DNA of 64,000 bases from a virus (IMGVR_UViG_3300047318_000369:26553-90552), one strand, 5' to 3'. Shown: positions 27,520 to 37,883, numbered from the stretch's first letter. Notes: generated from the sequence alone by a model not told the origin. Translations and numbers: made by a program.

Positions 27520-27874
27520 TGGCCGGCCGCGCGTGGCTGCGTCACCCCCCGTTGACGGTCGGCCGCCCCGCGCGGTGCCCGATAGCCCTGCCGCGGTTCG
27601 CGTCGGTGGGGGTGGCGTCGCAGGCGGAGATCACGTCGGCGTTCGCGTCGGGGTGGCGGCGGGACGTGGTGGCGTGCGGGCGTTGCGGTGGCGCGCACAT
27701 CGTGCCGGTGGCCGTCGAAGCCCCGTCCGCGCCGCCGTAGCGGGGTCAGGAGCGCCGCGCAGGCCGTCGAGGCCCCCCGCGTCCTCCCGGACGCTCCTGG
27801 CGGCTCCTAGGGCCGCCTGCTGGCTTCCAGTCCCGATCTGAAACCCCGATCAACTCACCGACAGGAGAGGCCCA

Positions 27875-28171
27875 ATGACCACAAACCCGAGCATCACCAC
27901 CGACCGAGTCCTGCAGGAAGTCCTCGCCGAACGCATCCAGCAGGACGGCAAGTGGGGCGAGCAGAACGGCCACGACTTCGAGTGGGTGTCGATCCTGACC
28001 GAGGAGGTCGGCGAGTCGGCCCAGGCGGCGAACGAGGCGAACTTCAAGTCCGGCAAGACGCGCGGCGACTTCAGTCACCTGCGCGCCGAACTCGTGCAGG
28101 TCGCCGCCGTGGCCGTGGCGTGGATCGAAGCCATCGACCGTCGTACCGCCCGCACGACCGAGGCCGCCTGA
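27875..28171 (+). CDS. MazG-like nucleotide pyrophosphohydrolase
   Basis: ILTEEVGE..QA and LRAELVQVAAVAVAWIE. Confidence 0.8.
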   Translation: MTTNPSITTDRVLQEVLAERIQQDGKWGEQNGHDFEWVSILTEEVGESAQAANEANFKSGKTRGDFSHLRAELVQVAAVAVAWIEAIDRRTARTTEAA

Positions 28172-28443
28172 TGGCCCGCCACATCCGCGCCGCCGACGTC
28201 GACGCCGTCCTCGCCTACAACGGCTACGAGCCCTCCGAGTACGACCCCGGCACGCAGACGTGGGATCCCGGCTACCGCACCGCCCAGGAAGGCCGGCGGC
28301 AGGTCAACGTCTTCCACGACGGGCCCGGCGAGACGGACGGCCTGGAGCGGTACCGGCTGGAGTTGCAAGCCGCCGGATTCTGCGTGATCCCCGACCAGCA
28401 GCCCGGCGGGGGTCGGCGACGGCTGCACGTCAGCAAGCCGTGA
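28171..28443 (+). CDS. Hypothetical protein
   Basis: Coupled ORF. Confidence 0.6.
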   Translation: MARHIRAADVDAVLAYNGYEPSEYDPGTQTWDPGYRTAQEGRRQVNVFHDGPGETDGLERYRLELQAAGFCVIPDQQPGGGRRRLHVSKP

Positions 28444-28510
28444 GCCGAGCCCGCCCCCGCAGCCCACACCACCCCGCCCCACCCACCCGACAGAACGGAA
28501 ACACGGACAA

Positions 28511-28882
28511 ATGACCGCCGCTCCCGAGCCCACCATCCAACCCACCCGCTACGTCATCTCCTGCCTGCCCGAAGGCCACGACGAGCGGTTCACGTACACC
28601 GTGCAGGTCGAGTACCGGTGCGACGACCTGTGGGCCGTGCGCTGCCGCAGCCGATTCCTCGGCGCCGACGGCACCTGGTCGCACGGCTTCGCCTGGAGCG
28701 AGGGCCCCGACGAGCCCGCCACCGAGGCCGAGATGGACAGCTTCGACACGGAGCAGGCCGTCTGGCTGGCCGCGCACCGCTTCGACCACGACACGGCACT
28801 ACGGCTGGCCAGGGAGCAGGCGCCGCTGCTCGTGTACTGCGGACGCACCGTTGCCGACGCCCTCGCCGCCACCCCCGTCTGA
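28511..28882 (+). CDS. Hypothetical protein
   Basis: Typical codon usage. Confidence 0.6.
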   Translation: MTAAPEPTIQPTRYVISCLPEGHDERFTYTVQVEYRCDDLWAVRCRSRFLGADGTWSHGFAWSEGPDEPATEAEMDSFDTEQAVWLAAHRFDHDTALRLAREQAPLLVYCGRTVADALAATPV

Positions 28883-28936
28883 GCCTGTTCCCGTCGCACC
28901 CCAACCCGCCCAACCAGCCGGAAGGAACCACCCACC

Positions 28937-29263
28937 ATGACCAGCACGCCCGCTCCCGACACGTCGCTCGCCGCCGCAGTCTCCGAAGGCCTCGCCCACG
29001 CCGCCCACCTCGTCGGCCGCTTCGGCTGGCACCCGCCCGGCCCGAACGACAGCCACCTCAACATCGGCACCACGCTGAACCTGGCCGCCTGCAAGACCGC
29101 CCCACTGCATGGCCAGCCGGTGCACGACGTGCAGGCGGTCATGGCCCACAGGCTCAGCCGCCATCTCGGCTGCGGCCTTGTCGAGTGGGAGGACAGCGAC
29201 GGCCTGAACGTGGCCCGCGTGGTTGAGGCGCTCCGGGATGCCAGCCGGAAAGCCCCCGCCTGA
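28937..29263 (+). CDS. Hypothetical protein
   Basis: GAAGGA RBS. Confidence 0.6.
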   Translation: MTSTPAPDTSLAAAVSEGLAHAAHLVGRFGWHPPGPNDSHLNIGTTLNLAACKTAPLHGQPVHDVQAVMAHRLSRHLGCGLVEWEDSDGLNVARVVEALRDASRKAPA

Positions 29264-29324
29264 CCCACACCCCGCCCCAACCGTCGTCTTCCCGGCGGCG
29301 GCCGGCCCCACCCGAAGGAGCAGC

Positions 29325-31022
29325 ATGACCACCGACCCGCAGACCGCCCGCTTCCGCCACCGCACCGCCGAAGTCGAAGCCGTCCAGTGGACCGGCAGCA
29401 ACGCCGACCAGTTGCGGGCCTTCTGTGGCCGCGACTTCGACGGCATGGACCCGATGGAGCCCGGCGACTGGGTGGTGAAAGCCGACGAGGACTTCCTCGT
29501 GTTCAGCCCGGTCGACTTCGCCACGTACTACGAGCCCGCCCCCGCCGTGGCCGCACCCGCAGAGACCGCACTACGCGACCGGATCGCCGCGCTCGCGGAA
29601 GACCTCCGGTACGTCCTCGACTACCGGGGCCCCCGCCACGCCCACGAACGCCCCGGCGTGTGGGACACCTCCGGTAAGCCGTGCGAGCACTGCGCCCGGC
29701 TTGCTGTCGTGCGGAAGAATTTGGACGCCTACGACGCGGACCCGGATGCGGTCCTGGCCGCGCTGCCCACCGCCGACCGGCCCGCCGGGGAGGCGTACCG
29801 TCTCGCCGTCTCGGCTGCGCTCCGTCTCGGTACGGGGGCGACCTGGGAGGCGATCCGCGACCGGGCCGAAGATTTGGCGGCCGAGGTCGAGGGGCTCACC
29901 GAGGCGAGCCGTCGACTCCTGGAGCAGCGGCAGGAGATGGCTGCCGAGCGGTTCGCGTGGCAGGAGCGTGGCGATCGGGCGGAGGCTCGCGTCCGGCAGT
30001 TGGAGGCCGCCGCGTCCGTCGACCGCGCCCGCATCCTCAACGAAGCCGCTGACCATCTGGCCCGCCAGGCGGCTGACGCGTCGCCAAGCGCGCGGGACGT
30101 GATCCTCGCGGACGCCGACGAGTTGCGTCGCATGGCCGTCGAGGCGCAGCAGCAGACCGGTTCGGGCTCGCTTGAACTTCCTGGCCTGAAGTTCAAGGAA
30201 AACGCCGAAAGCTTGAATGGGGCCATCGAGACGCCGGACTGCCCCGACCCGATCGAGTGCGGGCACGAAGCCGCACTCGGACAGGCCCGCGCCACCAACC
30301 GCCGTCTCAACCTGCGTGCCCAGGGCCTGGAGTCCGAACTCGCCGCCTACCGTCGCGCGGTCGGCCAGTGGGAAGTCGGCAAGCGCGGGACCTACGTGCC
30401 GCTGCGCACGATCGCCGCCATCGCGAAGGCGGCAGGCCGGGACATCGAGACCCCGCAGTGGCTGCTGCACTACCAGCGCGTCGAGCAGGCCGAAGCGGCA
30501 ATCGAGCGAGTGCGTCGACTGCATGACTCACTGGAGCAGGAGACCGACCTGAGCGAGCCCGACGACCTGATCACCAAGGGGTCGGCCGCCCGCCGGATCG
30601 CGACCGCGCTCGACGGACCGAACCCTGCCGGGCTCCCGTCCTGCGACGTCGAGTTCGAGGGCGGCGGCCACTGCGCGAAGCCTGCCGGGCATCGGCCGCC
30701 GGGCAGCGACGACCCGCACGCGCCCGCCGTTGTCCCGGCCGGGGCTGGCGAGGAACCGGCAGACGAGACGCGCGAGGCCGAGGGCGAGTGCACCGAGAGC
30801 GTCGTCTACGAGGTTGTCGGTGACTGGGGTGTCGACGGCGCGGACAGCGCCGAGGGTGCGCGCGCGGCCGTGGCCAAGTGGCTGCGCGCCTACCCGAAGT
30901 GCGGGGCGTATGCGCAGCAGCGGATCGTCCGCATGTGGGACGACGGGTCGGAGTTCTACGGCCCGTGGACCGACTTGCCGGAGCCCACCGACGCCGTGTC
31001 CCAGCCCGGCAAGGAGCACTGA
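29325..31022 (+). CDS. Large mosaic hypothetical protein
   Basis: GAAGGAG RBS; N-terminal EAVQWTG..GDWVV domain shared with 55866..56126; coiled-coil segments. Confidence 0.7.
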   Translation: MTTDPQTARFRHRTAEVEAVQWTGSNADQLRAFCGRDFDGMDPMEPGDWVVKADEDFLVFSPVDFATYYEPAPAVAAPAETALRDRIAALAEDLRYVLDYRGPRHAHERPGVWDTSGKPCEHCARLAVVRKNLDAYDADPDAVLAALPTADRPAGEAYRLAVSAALRLGTGATWEAIRDRAEDLAAEVEGLTEASRRLLEQRQEMAAERFAWQERGDRAEARVRQLEAAASVDRARILNEAADHLARQAADASPSARDVILADADELRRMAVEAQQQTGSGSLELPGLKFKENAESLNGAIETPDCPDPIECGHEAALGQARATNRRLNLRAQGLESELAAYRRAVGQWEVGKRGTYVPLRTIAAIAKAAGRDIETPQWLLHYQRVEQAEAAIERVRRLHDSLEQETDLSEPDDLITKGSAARRIATALDGPNPAGLPSCDVEFEGGGHCAKPAGHRPPGSDDPHAPAVVPAGAGEEPADETREAEGECTESVVYEVVGDWGVDGADSAEGARAAVAKWLRAYPKCGAYAQQRIVRMWDDGSEFYGPWTDLPEPTDAVSQPGKEH

Positions 31023-31023
31023 C

Positions 31024-31494
31024 ATGGCCACCGGACTGCCCGACCACTTCGTCGACTACCTGATCAAGCGGGACGCCCAACGAGCCGACCGTGTCCGCGA
31101 CTTCCTCGACAGCCTCACCAGCTACGAGCGCGGCCTCGTCCACGACGTCGCCGTCATGGGCTACGTCCAAGGCCTCATGCGCGACCGCAGCGAGGGCGTA
31201 CCGAAGGACTCGCAGATCATGGCCCTGGTCATCGACGCCTGCTTCGCACACGACGACATGTACCCGACCGTCAACGGCGAGTTCGACAAGCGCGACAGCG
31301 TCGTCGAGTACTTCGTCCAGTGCCAGCAGCCCGACGGTTCGTGGGCGCAGTGCAGCAGCAACTCGCCAGCCGCCGACTACATCGTCCAGCAGCGGGACGC
31401 GCACCGCCGTAAGCATCCCGAGTTCGCCTACCGGCTCGCCCGCCGCACTACTCGCTTCGTCGTTGAGGCCGAGCGCACCCCGGAGTCGGAGTGA
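31024..31494 (+). CDS. Hypothetical protein
   Basis: AAGGAG RBS. Confidence 0.65.
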   Translation: MATGLPDHFVDYLIKRDAQRADRVRDFLDSLTSYERGLVHDVAVMGYVQGLMRDRSEGVPKDSQIMALVIDACFAHDDMYPTVNGEFDKRDSVVEYFVQCQQPDGSWAQCSSNSPAADYIVQQRDAHRRKHPEFAYRLARRTTRFVVEAERTPESE

Positions 31495-31814
31495 CCACCC
31501 CGCAGCTCGTCGCCGAGGCTCTCGCCACGATCCCTGTCCTGCTGCGTGCGGGTGCGATCTGGCTGCTCCTGCTGTGCGGGGTAGCAGGGCTGGCCGTGTA
31601 CGCGGCCGGTGTTGTGGCGTGGTGCGGCTGCCGGTGGGTGTGGCGGGCCGTTCGCGGTATCTGGGCGCCCGCTGGGGGGCCTGAGGGGGGCTCGGGGCTC
31701 CCGGGCGACCTCCGGGCGGCTCCTGAGCCCGCAGAGACGCTCTCAGGGCGTCCAGGGCCGAGCTGGGCGCGCTGCGACACCGATGACCAACCCGAGATTG
31801 AGGAAGCCGCATGA
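31491..31814 (+). CDS. Membrane protein
   Basis: Coupled ORF with hydrophobic N-terminus. Confidence 0.5.
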   Translation: MTTPQLVAEALATIPVLLRAGAIWLLLLCGVAGLAVYAAGVVAWCGCRWVWRAVRGIWAPAGGPEGGSGLPGDLRAAPEPAETLSGRPGPSWARCDTDDQPEIEEAA

Positions 31815-32080
31815 CCGACATCCCGCCCGCCATCCTGGCCTTCGCCGAAGGCAAGAACGCCGAAATCGAACGCCATCACCTCGCAGCCCGCATCGGCGAC
31901 TACCAGGGCACGCGCGTCCAGAACGTGCGCGACATCCTCGATGGCTGGGCGCCGACCGAAGGAACCCCGCTCCACGCCCTCTGGACCCAAATCCACACCG
32001 CCATCACTCAGTACCAGACCGAGATCAACAACATCCGGCAGGAAGCAGACCGCGACATCCCCGGCATCGAGGCGCCATGA
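31811..32080 (+). CDS. Hypothetical protein
   Basis: Coupled ORF. Confidence 0.6.
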   Translation: MTDIPPAILAFAEGKNAEIERHHLAARIGDYQGTRVQNVRDILDGWAPTEGTPLHALWTQIHTAITQYQTEINNIRQEADRDIPGIEAP

Positions 32081-32406
32081 CCGACACCCGCCGCGACGCC
32101 GTCTCCCTGATCGTCGCCAACAACATCACCGCCGCCCGACGACGCCTCGGATGGCGACTCGCAGACGTCTCCGACCGCACCGAGAAAGCCGGAAAACGCG
32201 TCGGCGTCAGCACCCTCTCCCGCATCGAGAACGGCCGCGACGGACACCGCACCGTCGTCATCTCCGTCGACGACCTCGCAGCCCTCGCCGCCGCATTCGA
32301 GACCAGCCCCGAAGACCTGCTCACCGAACGGACACCGAACTGCGCCGCCTGCATGGACGCCCCGCCACCCGGGTTCGCATGCCGAACCTGCGGAGCCGAA
32401 GCGTGA
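32077..32406 (+). CDS. XRE HTH protein with C-terminal Zn finger (paralog of 11146..11457)
   Basis: ARRRLGWRLADVS..VSTLSRIENG; CAAC..PPPGFACRTCG. Confidence 0.8.
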   Translation: MTDTRRDAVSLIVANNITAARRRLGWRLADVSDRTEKAGKRVGVSTLSRIENGRDGHRTVVISVDDLAALAAAFETSPEDLLTERTPNCAACMDAPPPGFACRTCGAEA

Positions 32407-32633
32407 GCGCCGAAGACGACCTCCGCGCCCAGGTTCGCGCCGAGCTCGGGAAGGCCAACCTCAGCCAGGCCGAAGCCTGTTACCGGCTCTGCTGCTCCAC
32501 CAAGCACATGAACCAGATGCTCCAAGGCCACGCGCCGCTGAGCCTCAGCTGGGCCGAACGCATCCTCGCCCTCTGCGGCAAACGTCTTGTCATCACCGTC
32601 CGACGGGCGCCGAGGGAAGCCCCCGATGCGTGA
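32403..32633 (+). CDS. Small HTH protein
   Basis: LSQAEACYRLCCSTKHMNQMLQG. Confidence 0.65.
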   Translation: MSAEDDLRAQVRAELGKANLSQAEACYRLCCSTKHMNQMLQGHAPLSLSWAERILALCGKRLVITVRRAPREAPDA

Positions 32634-32798
32634 GCCGCCCCCGGACTGCGAGCCCCTCTGGCACGACGACGACCGGGACCTCGCCCCCGTCGACCCCCGC
32701 CTCCACGACCTACGCGGACAAGGACGCCACGGCGAACCGCTCACCGAAGACGAGCTCCGCGCCATCACCGACATCACGATCAGCCGACAGGAGTACCT

Positions 32799-33086
32799 GT
32801 GACCAGCGCCAGCGACGAACTCCGAGCCGCAGCAACCCGGTTGCGTGAGCGTGCCCAACGAGCCGGACAGGGGATCGGCACCGTGATCCGCAAAGGCACC
32901 CGCGACCTCTTCGGAAACGTGCGCCCCGACCCGGCAGCCATGGACCCCCACGTCGGCACACTCCTCGCCGACGTCTTCGAAGCATGGGCGCGCATCGGCG
33001 AACTCGACCCCGACCTCCTCAACCGCGTCGGCGGACCCGAGACACTCGCCATCGCCCGCGCCATCAACACCGGAGGCCAGCCGTGA
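32799..33086 (+). CDS. Hypothetical protein
   Basis: AGGAG RBS, coupled. Confidence 0.6.
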   Translation: MTSASDELRAAATRLRERAQRAGQGIGTVIRKGTRDLFGNVRPDPAAMDPHVGTLLADVFEAWARIGELDPDLLNRVGGPETLAIARAINTGGQP

Positions 33087-33592
33087 CCGTCACCAGCAGC
33101 CCGGCCGGCGAACACGCCAACTCGGGCCAGTTCCGGTCTTCAGCAACGCCTGAAGAGAGATTTCGTAACCTGACCAACAAGACCGACACTTGCTGGCTGT
33201 GGACCGGGCGTCCGACCCCTCAGGGCTACGGCAGTTTCCAAATCGCCGGTAAGTACATACCGCCGCACCGGTGGGCCTACGAGCACTTCATTGGACCTAT
33301 ACCTGATGGATTGCAGATAGACCACGTGTGCCACAGCGAGGACTCAACATGCCCAGGCGGCAACGTTTGCAGCCATCGGCGGTGTGTGAATCCCGCGCAC
33401 CTCGAAGCCGTCACCGCTGCGGAAAACTCGCGAAGGGCGCGGTCGGCGAACCGTGACAAGACGCACTGCCCACGTGGACACGAGTACTCGTCGGCAAACA
33501 CATACGTCAATCCGCGCACGCGTAGGCGGTTCTGCCGAACCTGCAAGCAAATACGCGGAAGGAAGGCGAAGGTGGCAGGCCGTGAAATCTGA
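33083..33592 (+). CDS. HNH homing endonuclease (His-Cys type)
   Basis: CWLWTG..GYG..HRWAYE..GPIPDGLQIDHVC..CVNPAHLEAVT..EN; KTHCPRGHEY; lower GC than flanks. Confidence 0.88.
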   Translation: MTVTSSPAGEHANSGQFRSSATPEERFRNLTNKTDTCWLWTGRPTPQGYGSFQIAGKYIPPHRWAYEHFIGPIPDGLQIDHVCHSEDSTCPGGNVCSHRRCVNPAHLEAVTAAENSRRARSANRDKTHCPRGHEYSSANTYVNPRTRRRFCRTCKQIRGRKAKVAGREI

Positions 33593-33814
33593 GCACACCC
33601 CGAAGCCCGGCACCCACTGGGAACGCCGCCTCGTCACCAACGGCGAACAGCACGTCCCCGAGTGCACAGCCTCCATCCGCGGCACGTGCCTCGCCGAAGC
33701 CCAGTCCGAGACGGCATGCGACACCGAGGCCGGCGAGTGCATCCACGCCGCCCCCATGCCGTCGTTCGTGCCGCCAGCCAACCGGGAGACACGACGCGCA
33801 GCACGGAGGATTCG

Positions 33815-35008
33815 ATGACCGACCCGCGCCAGCTCGCCTACGACGCCGTGTACGAGTACATCCGCAGCCAGCCCCGCGGCTTCCTGCCGACGACCGTCGT
33901 CGGCCGCAACGCCATGATCTGGCGGTCCGTGAATGCCGCCCTCGATGCCCAGCACAGGAGCGCGGAGGTCACCCTCGCCCGCGTCCGCGATCTGGCCGTC
34001 CAGGCCCGTGACCACACCGCGGTCGGTATCGACGAACGCCGCGAGAAAGCCGAGACGGACATGCTCGCCGTGCACCCGCCGGACCAACCCAGCGCCCGCG
34101 CCGACGCCATCGCCTACCGGATCCGCGCCGAACTCGTCTGCTGCCACATCTACGACCGCGTCAACGACACCCACGAACTCACCATCCAGCAGGCCATGGA
34201 AAGCCGAGACTGGCACGACCTCTGCTACTGGGGAGAAGCGTCAGCACGGATCGCCGAAGGTCGCTGCCCCGGCTACAAGACCGAGCCGAACATCTGCCGC
34301 TGCTCGTGCGATGGCTGCAAGAGCAACTGCTCCGCCCACCAAGAAGCGGGGCCCGAATCTTCAGACACAGACCTCACCGCCGAGGAGGCCCGCGATCTCG
34401 CCGACGACCTCGGCCTCCAGCTCTACCGGGCGCAGGACGCCCTCGCGTTCGTCGAAGAATGCTGCGTCATTGCCGAGCGGGAAGGGCGGCCGATCACCGT
34501 GGCCGACGTCCGGACGTGGCTGAAGGGTGCGCAATGCGGGCGGCAGCTGGCGGCCGGCGGGCAGCTGGACGTCGGCCCGGCCTCGCCGCCCGTGCACCTC
34601 GTCACCTGGACCGGGGCCGCGAACAACGCCGAACAATCGCCGCGAACAACTGCGGACAACTCGCCGACCAGCAGCGATACGCCGGACAACTCGGCGCTGC
34701 ACGGCCTCATCCGGCAGGCCATTCACGACGCCGACGAACACTCCTGCCAGGAGCAGGACGGCGTCGACTACGACCAGCTCACCGCCGCAGCCCTCGCCGC
34801 GATCCACCCTCTCGGCAAGTTCCTCGGCGACATGCACCGCGACGCCGAAGCCGACCTGTCCCGCGTCATCGACTTGTACGAGCAGTGGTGCAAGGCCGGA
34901 CCGCCACCCCTCGGCATATCCGTCAGCCGGTGGTGGGATCGGCGGCTCGTCGAACTCCGGCAGGCGATCGTTGAGCCCGTCGAACAGATCGAACAGGAGG
35001 GCGAGTGA
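33815..35008 (+). CDS. Mosaic hypothetical protein
   Basis: GGAGG RBS; long ORF with Cys-rich segment. Confidence 0.65.
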   Translation: MTDPRQLAYDAVYEYIRSQPRGFLPTTVVGRNAMIWRSVNAALDAQHRSAEVTLARVRDLAVQARDHTAVGIDERREKAETDMLAVHPPDQPSARADAIAYRIRAELVCCHIYDRVNDTHELTIQQAMESRDWHDLCYWGEASARIAEGRCPGYKTEPNICRCSCDGCKSNCSAHQEAGPESSDTDLTAEEARDLADDLGLQLYRAQDALAFVEECCVIAEREGRPITVADVRTWLKGAQCGRQLAAGGQLDVGPASPPVHLVTWTGAANNAEQSPRTTADNSPTSSDTPDNSALHGLIRQAIHDADEHSCQEQDGVDYDQLTAAALAAIHPLGKFLGDMHRDAEADLSRVIDLYEQWCKAGPPPLGISVSRWWDRRLVELRQAIVEPVEQIEQEGE

Positions 35009-35226
35009 TGGTCAATCTCGACGAGTACCACGTCACCGGCGACGACCCCACCGGCGGACACCCAACCGTCGCCCTCACCTGCGACGCCTGCAACAACAAC
35101 CTGATCGGCGTCGGCGACGTCGGCACCTGGGACACCAACGACGACATCCCGTCCCTCGCCATCCTCATCGCCGCAGCAGAACGCCACGAGAAGAACGGGC
35201 ACCGAGCCGGACAAGGCGGCAAGTGA
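35008..35226 (+). CDS. Hypothetical protein
   Basis: Coupled ORF. Confidence 0.55.
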   Translation: MVNLDEYHVTGDDPTGGHPTVALTCDACNNNLIGVGDVGTWDTNDDIPSLAILIAAAERHEKNGHRAGQGGK

Positions 35227-35444
35227 GTACCGCCGACTGGATCGCCCTGGCCGTCGGCATCATCCTCGGACCCTCGGCGTATGCCGCCGCCCACACCGCC
35301 AGGCGCTGGATACGGGACGCCATCAACGCCCGGATCTGCCCACTCTGCGGACACGACTGCCCTGCTGGAGCGCCCGAGCGCAGCTTCAGCGACGGGGTAC
35401 GGCAGCTCGGGGAACAACTCGACCAGCAGAAGGAGCAGCAGTGA
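35223..35444 (+). CDS. Small membrane/Zn-finger protein
   Basis: Coupled ORF; N-terminal TM, CPLCG. Confidence 0.5.
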   Translation: MSTADWIALAVGIILGPSAYAAAHTARRWIRDAINARICPLCGHDCPAGAPERSFSDGVRQLGEQLDQQKEQQ

Positions 35445-35683
35445 CCGACTGGACCCCGCCACCACCCGGCGACCGCCGTGAGCAACTCCCCGACGAAGTG
35501 CTCGCCGCGATCAGCCCTACGGCCTACCTGTCCACCGCATGCCACACCGCGTTCCTCTGCGAGACCACCGAGCCAGCCGCGGTGCTCGACGGCTGGTCCG
35601 AACGCCTCCATGCGCGCTGCCGGACCAACAACAAGTTCACCGGCAAACTGTGCGTCTGCGGATGCCACCGGCAGACGAAGTGA
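35441..35683 (+). CDS. Hypothetical protein
   Basis: AAGGAG RBS; YLSTACH..CR..K..CVCGCH. Confidence 0.6.
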   Translation: MTDWTPPPPGDRREQLPDEVLAAISPTAYLSTACHTAFLCETTEPAAVLDGWSERLHARCRTNNKFTGKLCVCGCHRQTK

Positions 35684-35739
35684 CCGCGGTGAGACGGCGA
35701 AGCCCCGCACCTGATGATGCGGGCCTTCGTCACGTCCGG

Positions 35740-36060
35740 CTACGGCACGAACAGGTGGTACCCGGCCTTGCAAATCAGCGAGGCGTTGTAGTCCCCCAAC
35801 GCCACCTGGTACCGCTGCACCTGTGCCGCCATCCACAGGCCCCACAGCAGGCCTGCCAGGGCGATCAGCAGGCCGTATCCGAGGCTGCCCGTGACCGCCA
35901 CGTAGATCCCGAAGAAGATGGCGAGCACGCCCAGCCACTGCCGGACGTCCACTTCGTCCGGAGGGGCGTACTTGCTCTTGTTCGGCGACTCCGCCGGAAG
36001 ATCTTGCCAGTAGCCGCGCAGTTGCTGCACGTGCATCGACTTGCAGATCGGGCACTGCAT
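35740..36060 (-). CDS. Membrane protein with Cys motifs
   Basis: CPICKS, two TM segments. Confidence 0.65.
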   Translation of the reverse strand: MQCPICKSMHVQQLRGYWQDLPAESPNKSKYAPPDEVDVRQWLGVLAIFFGIYVAVTGSLGYGLLIALAGLLWGLWMAAQVQRYQVALGDYNASLICKAGYHLFVP

Positions 36061-36219
36061 CCCCAACACCCCCAAGGTCAAAGCGAGTTGACCGGGGGAG
36101 CGTCGCCGGAGGGGCGCGTTCCAGCAAGCCGTGCGCCGGGGTTGTGAGCGGGCTCACCGAGGGCGCGCAACAGGCGGGACGTGTGGGGCGTCAGCTCGCC
36201 CATCACAGCAGGAAGCGCG

Positions 36220-36504
36220 TCACTCGGCGACGGTGATGTAGCCGGCCGCCTCCAGCTCGCTCAGCAACTCGTCGACGTCTTCCGGCTCAAGCCCCGTAGC
36301 CCGCCGCTGCAACTCCTGCGCCCGCGCGGCTTCCACGTCGAAGTCGCCTTCGGTCGCGGTCAGTTCCAGCAGCAGCCCGAGTGCCGACATGCTGATGTCT
36401 CGGCGGTGGATCAACTCGTTGGGGAAGTACGTCATGTCCTCGATTGGGTCGCGGAGGACGCTGTCGAGGATGTCCGGCCGTACTCGAACGATCTTCTTCG
36501 TCAT
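36220..36504 (-). CDS. Small wHTH-like protein
   Basis: GAAAGGA RBS; PNELI..DISMSALGLL..L..ELEAAGYI. Confidence 0.6.
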   Translation of the reverse strand: MTKKIVRVRPDILDSVLRDPIEDMTYFPNELIHRRDISMSALGLLLELTATEGDFDVEAARAQELQRRATGLEPEDVDELLSELEAAGYITVAE

Positions 36505-36699
36505 CGGTTTCCTTTCGATCGCCTCGCGCACGCACGCACTGAGGCCGGGCTGCGCCCTGGAATATTGCTAGCCAGCAGGTTTGGTGGATCCGTATTAGGT
36601 AGCCCGTGTTCTTAATAGGGACCCGCTGGCGGACTGTCCGCGGCGGGCTACCTCCAGCCCGGAGGGTCCGACTCGCGAGGGGTCCGCTGACCGCGTCCT

Positions 36700-37044
36700 C
36701 TAATTGTCTGCTTTGCGAGGAAGGTCGTATGCGGTGAGTACCGTGACGAAGCCGCCCCCGCCAGGCTCTCCGGCAGGAATCTTCTTGGTCTCCCGCGTCA
36801 TGTAGCCGTACTCCTCCAGCTCCGCGAATGCCGTCCGGTAGGCGCGCTTGCCCTCGGCTCGCGGGCCACGGTTCCGGCACGCCTTCTCCCACATCTGCTG
36901 TGCATTCGTCTGCCAGCCGGGCGACCTCGCGATGATCTCGACCAGAACCATCCTGGCCAGCATGCTCAGCCGCTCGTCGAACACCATCTCGTTCGGTGGC
37001 TGTGAAAAACCCTTACGCAGCTTCGAGCGGCGGACTATCAGCAC
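36700..37044 (-). CDS. Replication-initiator-type wHTH protein
   Basis: FSQPPNE..DERLSMLAR..L..I..GW..G..A.RTAFAELEEYGYM. Confidence 0.6.
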   Translation of the reverse strand: MLIVRRSKLRKGFSQPPNEMVFDERLSMLARMVLVEIIARSPGWQTNAQQMWEKACRNRGPRAEGKRAYRTAFAELEEYGYMTRETKKIPAGEPGGGGFVTVLTAYDLPRKADN

Positions 37045-37297
37045 TCGCCCGCCCCCGTCTGGCAGGCGCGGGCGCAGTTCGCTATCGTCATGGGTAGTGC
37101 TCGGCTTTCTGCTAGGTCGGGAGGCTGCTCGGCTATCTGGCGACGGTCGGTCAGCAGGTGATTGGTGGCAGCGGGCCGGTAACCCGCTCAAAGCGAAAAC
37201 GGCCGGACGGTTAACCCCGTCCGGCCGTCGCCGTATTGCTGCCAATTCTAGGTGACGCCTGTGTCTTAAGTGGCCTATTCAGGGCGCCAATTGGACG

Positions 37298-37603
37298 TCA
37301 GAACTCGGTGAGTTCGAACGGCTTCGGAAGATCCGGAAGCGGAACCCGGAGCGCCCGCCCGAGCATCGCCCGTGCCGTCAGCTCCCACTCGGCCGCCGGG
37401 CGGTTGGTCGGCTTTACGAAGAACACGGCGTTGTCGCCGCGCACGTAGGCGCCACCGGTGAAGCCCGGCTCGCAGTCCAGCTCGTTCACGCCCACGCCGA
37501 ACTCGGCGAGCAGCTGGTCAAGCGGGGCATCCATGAGGTGGGCGGCAGTGGCCGTGACGTATGACGCAGGCGTCATCGCGGTGTCACGCAGTAAGGTATG
37601 CAT
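37298..37603 (-). CDS. Hypothetical protein
   Basis: GAGAAGAGG upstream; hairpin leader at ~37662-37697. Confidence 0.6.
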   Translation of the reverse strand: MHTLLRDTAMTPASYVTATAAHLMDAPLDQLLAEFGVGVNELDCEPGFTGGAYVRGDNAVFFVKPTNRPAAEWELTARAMLGRALRVPLPDLPKPFELTEF

Positions 37604-37883
37604 CTGGCCTCTTCTCTTGCGGGGAGTGGTTACTGATCAGCGAGGTCGCAACTCGCTGGTCGAACCGGCCGGGGTGCTCACGCACCCCGGCCGTTCGCTT
37701 TGTGGGTGCTGGCGCTAGGCCAGTTCCGGCCCCCGTCGGTGCAGTTGGTGCGAGATCAAGACCCCTGCCAATTCGGGGTCCGACCTGTACGGATCGGGGA
37801 GTTGCGCGGTCCGATAGGATTCGTCGCGCTACCGTCCCTGCGCGCGGACATATCGGCCACCGGCTGATCGTGGCCAGAAGACG

